From Raillietiella orientalis (lineage: Eukaryota): 64,000 nucleotides of DNA. The notes beneath the pieces were generated by a model. The model worked only from the letters and a program-made list of their open reading frames with translations. It searched no databases and was not told the DNA's origin. The translations under genes and the position numbers were made by a program. Below, piece by piece: positions 13,650 to 26,549 of the stretch (position 1 is the first letter of the stretch; the number at the start of each line of letters is the position of its first letter). The stretch is from positions 3,038,001-3,102,000 of the forward strand of contig JAYWIR010000002.1 in assembly GCA_036172245.1 (NCBI GenBank), read 5' to 3'.

Positions 13650-14655
13650 GGACCGACGGTAGCGGCCCAAGGCCCTATCTCGGGGGATCCAAAGTGCTCT
13701 GCCCGTTGGCACCAAGGCTCCCTCCGGGGAGGAGGCCAGAGAAACCCACACTTTTGCTGTTTACGCCAACTCCAGAAGCGGAGGCGCCCTCTGACCCTGC
13801 GTCACGCGCAGGTGCGCGCATGGGCGCCACATGCGTGGCGGAGGGGTGACCCGCGAGGTTAGAAACCGCTCCGGGCCTTTCTTGCGACCCCGCCTCACCT
13901 CTTCAGCCGAGCCTCATGGAACGCCCAGTCCCCTCTCTAGGTTCCAGCACGTGGGTCCGCACCGCTCCACCACTGCACAGCGGGCCCGTTCCGGGAGGAA
14001 TCCTCCGCGAACCTCTCCGTACCCCACAGGCGGTATTTGGGGGCTTGGAATCGACTGAACCATGCCCAGAGGCTGTTCTCACGGAACTCTCCTCTAGATC
14101 ATACCTCGCTGGGGTCTTTGCTACCACCACCGAGATGAGAGCCGGCAATGGCTCCAGGAGAGCTCGCGCGCACCTCCGTGACCCTCCTATCCCCGGAATC
14201 TGAACGACTTTTCGGTCTCCGGCAGCAGAACGCCAGAAGGCAGGAACGACTCTGTCCTTGTGGTTGGATGTGGTGGGCGCGACGCGTGAGTGCCAGCCGT
14301 CCTTAGGACAAGTCCTGCTTCGGCAAGGGTCGTTAGGCACTCCTGAGCGACTTCCGCAGCCATTATCCTGCTGTCCATAGCAACCGACGCCTTTCATGGG
14401 ATCCGATGTGCGTCTCATCGGGCTCCGTAACCCATCGTTCGGTTCATTCCACTGTGCCAGTTCTGCTTGCGAAGGAGGCCCCACTGGACGCTCATGGGTC
14501 CGAGATTTCGAGGTTTGGCGAACGTCTTGAGCCGAACATCTCGCCCATTTCGAGTTTGAGAATAGATCGAGGTCATTTTGGCCCCACGGCCTCTAATCGT
14601 TCGCTTTACCAGATGAGACTGCGTTTCTCCTTCCGCTTAGACGAGCACCAGCTAC
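13650..14655 (+). mobile_element. Decayed LINE ORF2 C-terminal fragment, paralog of 10990-11630
   Basis: YLG (about 13676), K.SARWHQGSL.GG, and SNRSLY...FSFRLDE with synonymous differences from the 11.5-kb copy. Confidence 0.45.
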
Positions 14656-17600
14656 CCTCCGGGGGAAACTTTGGGGAAACCGGCCGGGGTTCCACCAGTT
14701 GCGACCCCCGCCGTGCCCCACTGGCAGCATCTGTTAGGTGGCGCCAGTTCCGGCGACTCCCTGCCGAGAGAGAGAGAGAGGCTCTCTAGAGCAATACCCC
14801 CCCCCCCCCCCAACAGCTGGTCCTCCGAAGGAAGACACTGGGAGCTCTCTGCTTTCGTTTTTGCCGAGCGTCGGCGGGAGCGCCTGTTGCCGGGCAAAGA
14901 AGTAACGTCTCTGTTCCCAAGGATACAGATCGCGCCGTCCCAGTTGCAGAAAATGGACCGGGACTCTTCCGCAAAGGAGCGGCTTGTTTTGCCCGCAGGC
15001 ATTCCACAGGAGGGTGGCGGTTCCAGCTGCCAACCCGGTTGCACCCCCAAGACGCAGGAGAGGGGTGTCGCATCCCTCCCCCTGCTGTTCGAAGGTGGAA
15101 CGGAGGCTGTCTCCTCCTGAGATCTGCAGGAGAAAGAGAAAGAAGAGACGACAAGGACGAAAGACCTCTGAGAAGGGTCAGTGGCCTGAGGACATGCAAG
15201 ATCGGAGCGGAACACCTGGACACAGCCAGGCAAGAAAAATCCGGGCATGCACTCGGGAGCAAGGGGGACTTCAAGAGCCGCTCCTCTTTTATCCCTCTCC
15301 CCCGCACATACACCTTCCAGGAGCACCGGTGAAAGTGCAGCAGTTTCGTTGGCGCCCCTGTTGCCGTGTCGTCGACTGATATCCGGCTCGCCCTCCGAGA
15401 GACCTGGGTCAGTCTCCACGCTCCTAGTTGCGCATTTTTCTCCTTTCCCAATGCGCGTGCGCTCTGTTGCCAAGGGAGTGGGGAAGCGGGCGCGCCCATG
15501 TAGGTCTGCTGCACATCCGTTGCGTTCCAACGGGCAGGTCTGACGTGTGCGCGCGCAACTGGGCACAGCCCCATGGGAGCAGCACACACAGGAAACGCGA
15601 CGGACACTGCGAACCAAGCCTCCTGATCATCATTACCCCCAGCCAATCGGGAGGTCTAGAAGGGAGGAAGAGGGTGCGGTCCGCAGCACCTTCGGAGGGA
15701 GGAGAGGCGGGGGAAAACCACGGTCGCAACTCTCGAGTCAGCAGACCGAGGGGCCGCTCAGCAACCGGTCCTCGGATGATGCTCAAGTCCTGCTCCCGCC
15801 CCCCTGCATTTTCCCCCATCCGCGCATGCGAGCAACCGGAACGGAGGCGGAAGCGACCTCCGCGAGCCTGCTCCTCGGCAGGTTGCTCGAGATGTCAGCC
15901 TCTGACGTCACGTGCTTGAACTGCTGAGTGATCCGAGAAAACGGCGGGCGAAACGTTTCATTTCGCTTTCTCCTTTCCGCGTGCACGGCTCATTACGAGC
16001 GCGTGTTCCCCGTCCGTTCCGCAGGGAGAGAGAGCGAGGAAGAGGGGAAGATGCAAGCGTGCTGGGGCAAACCCTCGTAGACCGGACGAATCGATCAGGC
16101 TTTTCCCGATCTCCGCTCCTCTTCCAGCACTCTGATGCTCGCGCGTGCCATCTCGCGCCTTGAAGCTGCAGGCGCGCCGCCGCTGCCGCCGAGCCCCTGA
16201 GCTTCGGCGCACGGAGAAGGGGGGAGGAGTGCAGGGAAACGGTGAACGCTCGCAGGACTGCAAGAAAAAGAAAAACCTCCCCCGTCCCCTCAGGCTGCCG
16301 TCCCCTTGCTCGCCTTCTTCCCCAGTTGCCTCTCCGGAGGCCGGCTCCATCCCGGAAATCTCTCTCTTGCCTTCGCGTTTCATCACGTTCCTCCTTCCTC
16401 TTCCTTCCTCTTTCGCAGGAGCAGCAGAGCATTCGGATGATGATGAACGAGGCCGGGAAGCGATCGCGGCGGAGAGGGAGGGCGGACTTCGCGCGCCGGC
16501 ATTGTCCATCGGGGCACGGAGAAGGGGGAGGGGCGGAACGCCGAGGAACGGTTTCCCGCGCCACGGAGCCACTGGCGAAAGACTCACGGGAAAACCTTGC
16601 CCCACCACCGCCTCCGTCCTCCTCCGTCTCTCTCTCCTTCGCGGTACGCGGAAGACTTAATCGAAAACGTAACCGGGCGCTCGCAAGCCGAGTGATCTTT
16701 CACGGCGGAGATGATTTACGTCCCTCGGATGCCCATAAATCTTCCTCCCCGCAATCTGCTTGAGAAAATCCGATTCATCATCCTCGTAACCCGCGAGATC
16801 GCATTACCTGCGGTCCTCCCGTTTAATGACGACTATGAGGGTGCATTACGCGCACCATTCATCACGGGGTTTCCTCGTCGCACGCTCCAAAGATCGGAGA
16901 CCGCGAAGATCTCCTGCCTTCGACTCCCTCCCTGCTTCCCTCTCTCCCTCCATGCCTCTGGCTCGCCGGGAAAATTTAGGCACGAGGAAAAAAGCTCGGC
17001 GGAGTCCCGGAATGTTTCCCTCCCCCCCTCTTCTCCCCTTCCTCCGCTCTTCTCTTCCTCCACCTCGCTTCCCGAGCGCCCTTTGCTCTCGCGGAACCAC
17101 CGTGAGGGGAGAGGACGTTCTGGGCCCCGAGCGCGGGAGTGTCATAGCCGAGAGAGGGCCGGCATCGAACGGGGACACGCCTCCCTTCGCCGCCCTCGAA
17201 GCGGGGTACCCTCTCTGCCGCCGGTCGTTCCTTCGGTCCCGGACGAGGACCTGCGTCCAGAGCGGACGCAAGAGCCGGGTCTTCTTCGGGGCCCACGTCA
17301 GCAGGGGAACCGACTGCTGCGACTCGGACAGCGGCCGCACGACGGACGCATGAGCCGGACTCTGGTTTCCTTGAGTGCAGTCCCGTTCCCTCCTTGAACC
17401 GGAGGTTCGAGTCTCCGGCGCATTCCCATCCGCCACAACGGAGCCTGGGGTGCGGGGCAGAGCCCCAGCGTCCAGGCCGGGGGCGCGGCTTCGTCGCCAA
17501 GCGGCGCTTCACCTCCCCGCGAGACTGTCCCGTGACAGTCCCGCGGTGACTGTGACTCTCCCGATAGCCAGTTGGGGTGGAGCTCGAGGAGGCGCCGCGA

Positions 17601-19039
17601 GCCACTGCGAGCCGACGGGATTGGAGAATGCGGAGCCCTCCGTAGCACGCTGGAGACCCCCACGGCGCTCCAGTAGCTCCCAGAGAGAACCGGGGATCGC
17701 TCCCCTACCCCCAGCCGGAGGAGCGGTCCCGTTCGGATCTCCGGAGCGGATTCGATTGCTTTCCCCCCCCCCCTTCCGGATACCCCTCCCAGGCTCCTCT
17801 CCGTGACGCGAATGACGATTCCATCGCCGTCTCGGGCATCTGTTTACGACACCTCGGAGGCGGACTTGCAAATTTCCAGCATTCCTGGTCCGCTGCGAGC
17901 GCGCGTGCCGAGCCGCGCTCGCAGCAGAGTTCGCTCCTGGCCCGCGGGAGCGCCGCCACGTGAGCGATCCATCGCGCACTTCGCGCAGGGAGCAGCAGCA
18001 GCAGCAGCGATTTCGCCCCTTTTCTGCCCTGCTGTCTTTTTTCCTTTTTTTCTTCTTCTTTCCTTCCCGCCGAGAGAGAGAGTATGCGTCTCCTATCTCG
18101 GGTGAGGACGCCTGAGTCCTCCCGGATGGGATCGAAAGCCGCCCTGCTGATCGATGGCGCCGAGGAAATGCGGGCTGTCAGAGAGGCTCAGCGGCTGCCG
18201 GTAGATGGCACGTCCCGCACTCGGCGACGCGGAAGGACGAGCGTGCTCCCCCCCTTCCCTCCTTCAACCTTTCCCGCCCGCTCGCGCGCCACAATAGCAG
18301 GGAGGGACTGGCGGGGGGGGGCGCCACACTTCGCCGTACGCGAAAACAGGGGGGTGCGCGCGCGCACCCCCGAGAGGCCCTCCAGGTCGGGAACGGCGAC
18401 CGGAAGCGCGTTCGCAAGATCCGAAGTGTGGGGAAGGCCGAGAAGAGCCTCGTCATGGACGAGTCCCGAGCCTCGACGTCCCCCCCGCCCTCCTTCCCTC
18501 TCTCCCTCTCTCATTCGCGCCACTTCCTAATTGAATCCCGGTCCTGTTAATCGAAAATACCTGCATGGTTCGAGGCGAGACGTCCACGTAAGAGTGGCAG
18601 AAATTTTCTCCGTTGTTAAGCGAGACATTATGCACAAGTTTCGTGTTAATGGTGCCCATAACGGTAGCCGAGGCTGCCTTCCCGTTCCTTCGCTCCTAAT
18701 TACGAAAATTGAAAACGGATAACCGGGGGTTCGCCGTCGTCTACGTGAGCCAAGGCTCTTTGCCCGTAAAAGTTTAAAAATATTTGCTCGGAGATTAACT
18801 TGGAATAATGTAATGACACTGTTCCATTAATAGCGATGAATGCTGCTTACATGGCTTCCCGGAGAGCCCGTTTCGTGATTTCGGAGGAGGAGGAGGCAAA
18901 GGAACAATTAGCGAGATCTTTCTCAAGCCATCATTTTTCGGGTGGTCGGCAAAAGGCACTCGACGGAAGCAGCACCGAAATTTCAGCGGACCGAACTCAC
19001 CTTAAACTTGGGGGGGGGGGGGGGGACATGTCGAGGAAA

Positions 19040-19044
19040 ACACA

Positions 19045-19085
<41 letters not shown>
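19040..19085. repeat. Compound (CA)n(GA)n microsatellite
   Basis: Directly visible; a poly-G run lies just upstream at 19010-19025. Confidence 0.95.
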
Positions 19086-20624
19086 TATTAAATAAATCAA
19101 TCAAAAAAACTGCATCCACCTGACGTAATTTGGAAGAGAATTTATCGCTTCAACCATGCTACTTAACCCGCTAATGATTTACGGTCTCATCATTACAGCT
19201 TCGTAATTACGAAGGATGATCAAGCACTTTGTGAAGTGAACGGCAAACGAAACCTCGTACACATCGCAGTTGTGTGTGTGTCGCCCCTCACCGCTTTCCA
19301 CCCCCCGGCAGCAATCCTTTCGTGTTTAGCCTAGCCTAGCTGCCATTTCAGGGGCACCCCCTCCCCCCCTCTTCTCTTGTTCTTTATGTTTCTTATCAAC
19401 ACCTCCGTTTATGGAAAACGATTATTTATGGGGATAGCAAGAAGAAAAAAAACACACACACACACAAAAAAAAAGCACTGCACGGTAAATCCTCCAATTA
19501 AAAAAGAAGAACTCTCAGGAAGAGAGTGGCGCTCGCAGGCGCGGCTCCGTCGATACGAAGCTCTCCCCCAGAACAGTGACGACACTCTTGTGGTAGAAAG
19601 CACGTGAATCCGCGTTGGTATCTGGCGTCCTCAGCAGGCATCTTTCGAACACGCAGGATGGAAATAACCCCACCCTCAAAGAACGCGGAGAAGCAGGAGG
19701 GAATTTTCCAGCCGGGATCGGGCACCAAGAAGCTCAGCGCGCGAGAAAGCCGCTGTGCCTTTAATGAGACGTTGAGGCGCACTCGGGAACCAAGGGCCCT
19801 TCCAAGACTCGATCTTTTGTCATCTCTTTGGCAGAGTACTTTATGGCCCTGCGTATACCGCATTCACGATCTTGGACCACTTTGGTAATTAATGATGGCA
19901 ATCGTGTGTGCCTGTGTTTTCAATTCAGTTGAACCCTTCATGGACGGAGCCTCTCTCCTCTGCCTCAGAAAAAGAATAATCTTCAGGATACAGGATGCAT
20001 CGTTTCGGGCAAGGAACCCTTTTGCACTTCGTGATTCCGCCACCTTGGAACAATCGGCGAAATGAGTTTTCAAAGTAATGCGATTAATCGTCCACAGTTT
20101 GCATTTCTGAATACGCTGCCATATTTACTGTGACGTAATCGGCGGAAAAAGTAGTCCCATTTCAACAAGTGAGGCGATTAATCCGCGCGAGCGCCGCGGC
20201 CTGCGCGGGATGGATTCTCTCTGCTTATCTCTCGGAACACGTGCGCCAATAAATCTGAATTCTGCAGCGCATTCTGCAGCTTCCTGGCCTGCCTCGGCCT
20301 CGGCCCGCCGTTCGGCGGCTGCTGCGGGCTTCTCAGGTAAGGAATTTGTGCGGCCCCGCAGCTACCTGGATGACGTTTATCGGACGAAGCTGGGGCCGGG
20401 GAAATGATGGGCAGGGATCGCGCGCGCGTCCTCGCCAGGGAACCCCCGTCCCTGATCGACGACCGCACGCAAGTGGACAGGAATCACGAGTGGTGCCTTC
20501 GTGGAGCTTCCCCCCCCCCCCGTCCCCGAAACGTAGAAGCGAGAAAGAAAGGGCACGAAGCGAGCAACCCTCAACCTGGTGGGAACCCGACCCTCGCCTG
20601 GTTGAGGAAGAGGAAGCTGGGAGC

Positions 20625-20694
20625 ACCCCACGAGGCGGACCCGCGCGAGGTTTCACCCGCCGTGAAACCTCGACGCGGGCCCGCCTCGTGGGGT
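20625..20694. other. Near-perfect inverted repeat (about 31-bp stem, 5-nt loop)
   Basis: accccacgaggcgg-a-cccgcg-cgaggtttcac [ccgcc] gtgaaacctcg-a-cgcggg-c-ccgcctcgtggggt; one mismatch and one bulge. Confidence 0.9.
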
Positions 20695-20696
20695 CG

Positions 20697-20790
20697 CCTG
20701 AAGGCGACCCTCGGGGACGCCCGCGGCAAGGAAGCGTGCGGAACGCGGGACGAGACCACCACTTCCCGGCGCGACTCCCACCCCGGGGTG
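20697..20790 (+). repeat. 94-bp dispersed direct repeat, copy 1
   Basis: Matches 25953-26046 with one mismatch (caagg/cgagg). Confidence 0.95.
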
Positions 20791-21269
20791 TCGTAGGATG
20801 CTGCCGCGCGAACCGGGAAAGCTCTGGAGCGACCGCCGTGCGCGATGGTGGAATGGAGAGCTGCCCCGCCTTGACTTTGCTTTGCCCCTGACGAAGCGGG
20901 GGAAGGAGGGGGGAATTTGCCGTTTGCCCCTTCGGCTGTCGCGGGCGCACGCGCGCGCACATCCCGGCTCGGATCGCGGCTGTTTAATTGACAGCGGCGT
21001 GCTCTTGCTAAAAATAAACATCCGCCGCCACTCCTGCGGGTGCAGAGGAATCATCTCCCGGAGACGCGCCGGGATGAGCGCCTGCCCTTCCGGAGTGCCA
21101 TGCCGGCGTCACACCCGGTGAGCGGAGGATGGGGTGAGTCCCAAGGGGAGGGGAGGCTGCTGCTGTTACTCACAGAAACATCCTCCCTCGACTGCTGCGT
21201 GTCCGCGTCTCCCTCCCCCCACCCTCCCTTTCCTTCATGAGCCTAGAGTCGTGATCGCTTGAGCCACCC

Positions 21270-21470
21270 TCCTTTCTTCCCCACTCCGCCCACCACACAG
21301 GCCATCGGACTGGGAGGCTCAGATCGATTCCCTTCCGAGTTGAAATTCTCCCTTCTTTTTTGTTCCAAAAATAACTGGAATTTCCGGGTTTAGTCCTCGC
21401 GCGAAGGCCATGCCCAGTAGCAGCGAAGGCAGAACAGGTCGCGCTGCCCGTGCTTGCTGCTCTCTCGGTC
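21270..21470 (-). mobile_element. Short decayed LINE ORF2 fragment
   Basis: SYFWNKKEGRISTRKGIDLSLP resembles the FFW.....RI....L.LP block of Tx1/L1 ORF2; single motif only. Confidence 0.3.
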
Positions 21471-24400
21471 ACCTACGCTGGCTGCAGGGGTGCCTCCGCT
21501 CCCCGCAGGCTCAGCAGATGAAGAGGAGGAAACCCGTGGAGAGGGACAGCAACTCCGCAGGATACCGCCCCTCCATCCCTCGGTCCTTGCGGAGCACCGA
21601 GGAAGAGAGGAGAAGGAGAGGAGGGGAGGCGAAGGAGAACGGGAGGAGGACATAGGGGGGAGTGGGGATGAGATGAGGACGGGGCACGCGCGAGTCCCTA
21701 CGCGCTGCTCCCGCGGCGGGAGGCGGCGTAAACGCGCAGGGAGCGGGGAGGCACGGATCGACCCCCGCGTCTCCCCCGCTTTCTTTCATGGGTAGACGGA
21801 GAGTTCCGGGACCCCCTTAGGAGTACCCCACCTACGACATCCGGTCGTTCCCTGCCCAGCTACAGTTTCCGTCCTCCGCGAGTTCCCCTCGTACCCTCCA
21901 GTCGTCTTCCCTAGCCGGGAAGCGAGGACGTTTCGGTCTCCGCGGACGCGCTATGGGCCCGGAGTGGGAAGGGGGCTCCCTTTGAAAGCCGCGCTTTCCA
22001 CTCCTCTCCTGAGGCACCTGGGACTCTCCAGGATCAGCAATCGATCGATACTGGAGCACCTTCTTGTCCGGAGGCGGCGGGGAAGGGGGAGCGACGGCTC
22101 GGCCGCCGGAGGGCGCGCGCGACCCGGCACGCTCGGTTGCTCCTCTAATCCGCTCTCTCGGTGTGCCGGAAGAGAGGGGGATAGGAAGGACCTTGCCCGG
22201 GGCTGCCCCGGGGCTCGAGCAGGCAAAGCGAAGAGGACCTTCCCTTGGGAATGCAGAGTCCCAGCGCGATTCCCCTCAGGAAGAGGGAGGGAGAGGTCCC
22301 CGGAGCCACAAGGGGCGGGGGACAGCGAGCAAACAGGCAAACAAAAAAAAGGGATGTAAATAATGGGGCGGAGGGGACGAAGAGGTAGGGAGCGGTCCCA
22401 GCGGCTCGCCCGGTCGTTTCCGCACGGACTGGACCAGCCGCGGACGTTGCTGCCCTCCCTCGACTCCTGCCCCCAGGCGCTTCCACGTTCCCAGGCGCCA
22501 CGAAAAGACGCCGACAGAAGGCCCTCTCGCTGCCGCGGCCTCCGGCGTCTCTCCTCTGCGGAGCAGATTGCGGCCTCTGCCGAGGGCGGGGCAGCCCAGG
22601 GATGGCGGCAGTTTCCCCCTGCCCGGGGAAGGCAGGCGGAGGACCGCGCGTCCTTCGGCAGCATTCTCGGGGCCGGAAATCTTCCTCGGAGCGCTCTTCT
22701 ACCCGTTCCAGGAAGGGAGGGGCAAGGAGTACAAGTGCAAGACAAGGGGGGGACAAGTTCTCAGCGGCGGGCCCTCTCCACATACACACATACACCGCCC
22801 AGGGACAGCAGCGCCTCCGACCCTCCATTCCCTCTCCCTCTCTTCCTCCGGGTTCCTTATGAGCGCTGGTCCAGGAAGAAGGACGGGAGATGAGAGTCTC
22901 CGCCTCCTGGAGAGTTCCTCCCAGGCGGACCCGGGAGGATTCCAGTCAGGAGAGCACTCGCCCGCCCTACGTCTGCTCTTTCTCCCGTCCTATTGGACCC
23001 TCGAAGTTCGGGGCGCGGTTCGCCCCCCGGCGGAGAGGAAGATTTGCTCCCGCGCGGCTGTGGAGCCGGTGGCAGCTGCAGCTCCCACCCGCCACTGGGT
23101 CAGGACGACCGCCCGTCCCCTCCGTCCCCTTTACGACGCCTCTGGCGGGACGCTCTTCGCCAGGCGAACGCGTCTGCGGATCGCCTAGGGGCTCGGGGAG
23201 GTTCCCAGCAGGAAGGACAAACTCAGAGGCGGCTCTCCTAGGAGGCGGTTGCGGTTTCCCAACCCACCCAGCCCGGTCATCCCCAGGAGGGGTCCCGGAT
23301 CCTCGCGTTCCGACCGAACGCTCACGCCAACGAAAAGCGAGTGGAACCTCCCGGAGTCTGGGCTGGGCGCCCTTCCCCCCCCCCTCCCGGAGGCCGGGAG
23401 GGCCTTCACGGCATCGGGGTGAGGCCCCGGAGGAAGAGCTTCGTCCTCCAGAGACGGCATGCCCACGCGTATGCTCACCCCATCCCCCCCACGCAGTCAT
23501 CCCAGGGAGAGGCTTCCCTTCCTCCCGGAACCAGTTCGCTGGAGTTTCCCAGAGACCCTTCGGCACGTTCATCGTCCTCGAACTGCTTTCTCCAGAGGGA
23601 CAGAAGACGAGCTGCACAGGTGCGATCCCTTCCTCCTCTTTCTCCCCCCCCCCCTCCCCTTCCCAGCTTTCCGGGAGAGAAAAATTCGAGGTCGCCGAGT
23701 CAGTCTTTCTGCCGGAAGACACGCCTTCGGCGTCCAGAGGACCGGCAACCGCCTCCTTTCAACGGCGGTGGCACCCGGACGTGGGCTCCTCCTCCGCACG
23801 CTCGGAACGGCTCCCTTCCCCGAATCCCGGTTGGTTCCTCGCCATCCCCCTTCCTCTTATCCCTCCCTTTTCCGGATACTGTAAGTCTTCCGAAACTGCG
23901 TTCTCCTCTCCTGCACTCTTCGCATCCGGCTTCGACGCCCCTCTGGACACGCGCCTTCGCCCGTTGCCGCGAGGACTGCGTCCCTCCCCCCCTGCCCTTC
24001 CGGCAACTCATCGCCACCGGACTTTCCGCCGGGGGGTGCTTACCGCACTCCGCATTCGCCGCATGCCGCTCTCGTGCTCGCCACGTTGACGCAGTACATC
24101 CCGCCCTTGCGCTCTTCGATTGCACGTCCGTTGGAGGTGCCGTTTTGTTCGCCACATTCTCCCTCCCCGTATGTACTCTATTTATCCATCATGTCTCATT
24201 CGCCGTGACGTAACGTGACGTAAGCTCTTCTTAGCTCCCGTCTTGCTTTGCTGCATTTCATTCATTGTCTCCCCCTTTTTTGTAAATCCTTCGCCATTGT
24301 CGGCGCGTTTTCATTGTTGTCGACCGTCTGTGCGCTGTTCCATTGTTGCCGCATCCCACATCGTCGTGCCGGGCTTCATTCTGCGCATGTGCTGCAGCCG

Positions 24401-25149
24401 CACTTGCGACGTCGCCGTCCTCTCGCCAGCATTCCGATCTGCGCTTTCCGAGCGAGAGCGAAGTTCCATCCGACTTTCCCGATCGCATCCGCGGCGCTCT
24501 GCACTGAGATCTGCGAAGCGTTTGCCCATTGCGTCTTCGGTGCAGACTCGTGCCGGCGTCGTTCCCTCGCCATTGAGCCCTCGCGGCAGCAGCGCTGTTC
24601 TTCTTGGCTTCTCCGGTGTCCTCCCAGCCCGCCAGCCTCCTCCTCCCCCGCTTCCCCTTCCTGCCCTTCCTCTCCTCAGTGCACCCGATCCATCCTTGGC
24701 TATCTTTTTTTTTTTCCTTTTTTTTTTTTTTTTTTCTTCCCGTCCCTCACTTCCGCTGCTTTGGAGCTTCCCCTTGTCGCCTTTGGCGTTGCCTGCTCGC
24801 CCGCTCCACTCAGACGTCCCCCACCACCCCGCTCTGGGAGGGGGCTTGGAACTTTCCTGCTCCTCCTACCTCCTCCACGACTCGTGCCCTAGAAGGACGC
24901 AGCTGCACCTCTGAGGAACTCCTCCAGTCGGCGCCCCGTGTGCGGCGAAGCGGGCGTCGCTTCCGCAGGGGCTCCCTCCAAAACCAAGTGGATGCCGAAG
25001 CACCCCCCACCCCACGCCACCCCAGACGGCCTGTGGCAGGGAGAGTAGCAAATGCCTCCTTGCTCGCAGAGAGCCTCCAAGCACCGCCGTCGCTGGTCCA
25101 GCGCCCTCTGCCACCGCGTCTGCCAGGCGTCGGACGTCCCGCGGGAACA

Positions 25150-25900
25150 CATCTCGCATCTTGCACGGCCCAGGGAAGAAGGGGCGGGGGAGAGGGGGGA
25201 GCAAGACATGGATTCTGGTTCGGGGAAGGAGGAAGATGGGCGGCTGCAGCGTTCCCATTGCTGGGGCGCACGGGAGGCACATCTCGTCGAACCGGCGCGC
25301 GCGGGCCTGCAGCGGGACGGACCGATCCCCCCGCTGGAAAAAATCCTAGCGGTGAGGACTTCTGGAGGGATCTTCCAGCGTCTATACTCCCTACCCCCAC
25401 TCCCTCGTGAGAGGATGATCCCTGGGGGCGACGGCTGCTTTCAGGCAAAGCGGTGTATTCCGGAGCGTCGCGCCTCCAGCCGCAGCCGCGCGGCGGCCCC
25501 AGGGTCGCGGCGATGCCGCAGCAATCTCGTCTGGCGTCGAGGCAAGGAGTGGGCTAGATGGGAAACGAGGGAGAGGAGGAGGGCAGGCAGAGAGAGTGAG
25601 GGAGAGAGAGAGAAGAGGAAGAAAAAGAGCCGCCGACGTGGAAGGCTGACAAAACACTGCGCCAGAGGGCGACGGGTAGGCGGTGGCATTTCCGCGGGAT
25701 GAAGTCAGAGCCGGGGAGTCTGTCCTGACTGGGGAGACGCCCGTTCCAAGGGGAGCTCCTTGGAAAATAGTGTCAGGGGACGTCCGGTCTCCTCTCCCCT
25801 TCCTTCTCATGACCCCCCGGAGGGCAAGGAGCGGGCGGGTGATCACCGAACGGTCACGAGGGTGAGAGACAGTCCGGGACGGGAGCAACCAGGGCGAAAC
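25150..25900 (+). mobile_element. Possible decayed LINE linker / RT N-terminal fragment
   Basis: FWFGEG, IFQRLYS and G.TP....PWKIVSGDV in the expected order (WxxEGE, FYxxLYS, GxPxEFxxxxWxxIxxDL); weak. Confidence 0.25.
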
Positions 25901-25952
25901 CTCTCGCCTTAGCCCGTCGGAAACGCATCCCTTCCTCCCCTCATTTTTCCTT

Positions 25953-26046
25953 CCTGAAGGCGACCCTCGGGGACGCCCGCGGCGAGGAAGCGTGCGGAAC
26001 GCGGGACGAGACCACCACTTCCCGGCGCGACTCCCACCCCGGGGTG
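25953..26046 (+). repeat. 94-bp dispersed direct repeat, copy 2
   Basis: Matches 20697-20790 with one mismatch. Confidence 0.95.
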
Positions 26047-26549
26047 ACCCCCTTTCCCTTGGGAGCTCTCTGGGGAGGAAAGCTCGAGATGCTGCGGAGG
26101 CGCCGAGGGAGCCGGCCCACCCCCCGCAAGGCCGCGAGTAGGTGTCCCTGCCCAGCTTTCCCATCCCTTCCCGTGCCTTCCCTCGGTTCCGGCAGCCGGC
26201 GCGACGCGATCCAGCCGTCCGCAGCCCCACCTCCGGGAATCGTCGCGGACTGGAGTTCGGGCAGGTCGGGCCGGAAGGCCTCCGGTGCGACCTTCGGTGG
26301 CCGCTCCGTCCTGCGCCAAGGAGTCTCCTTAGGCAGCCGACGGGGGAGAGGGGGGGCGCAGCCGGGCGAACCGGCGGACCCACCCGCAGCGTCCACCAGG
26401 CGCTGCATCCGACATGCCGGGAGAGACAGGGGGGAAAAAGGGGGAGGGGTGAAGTTGTTTTTTTTTTTTTTCTCGCTGCGGGCGCTTGACGGAGCCCCGG
26501 CGCGGGAGCGGAAACGGCCGGGCGCAAGCGGAGGACGGCAACCCTCCTC

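Noticed and set aside
15039..15400. GDFKS...YTFQ as a LINE endonuclease
   Set aside because: Motif spacing is far too short and there is no supporting RID/SDH motif.
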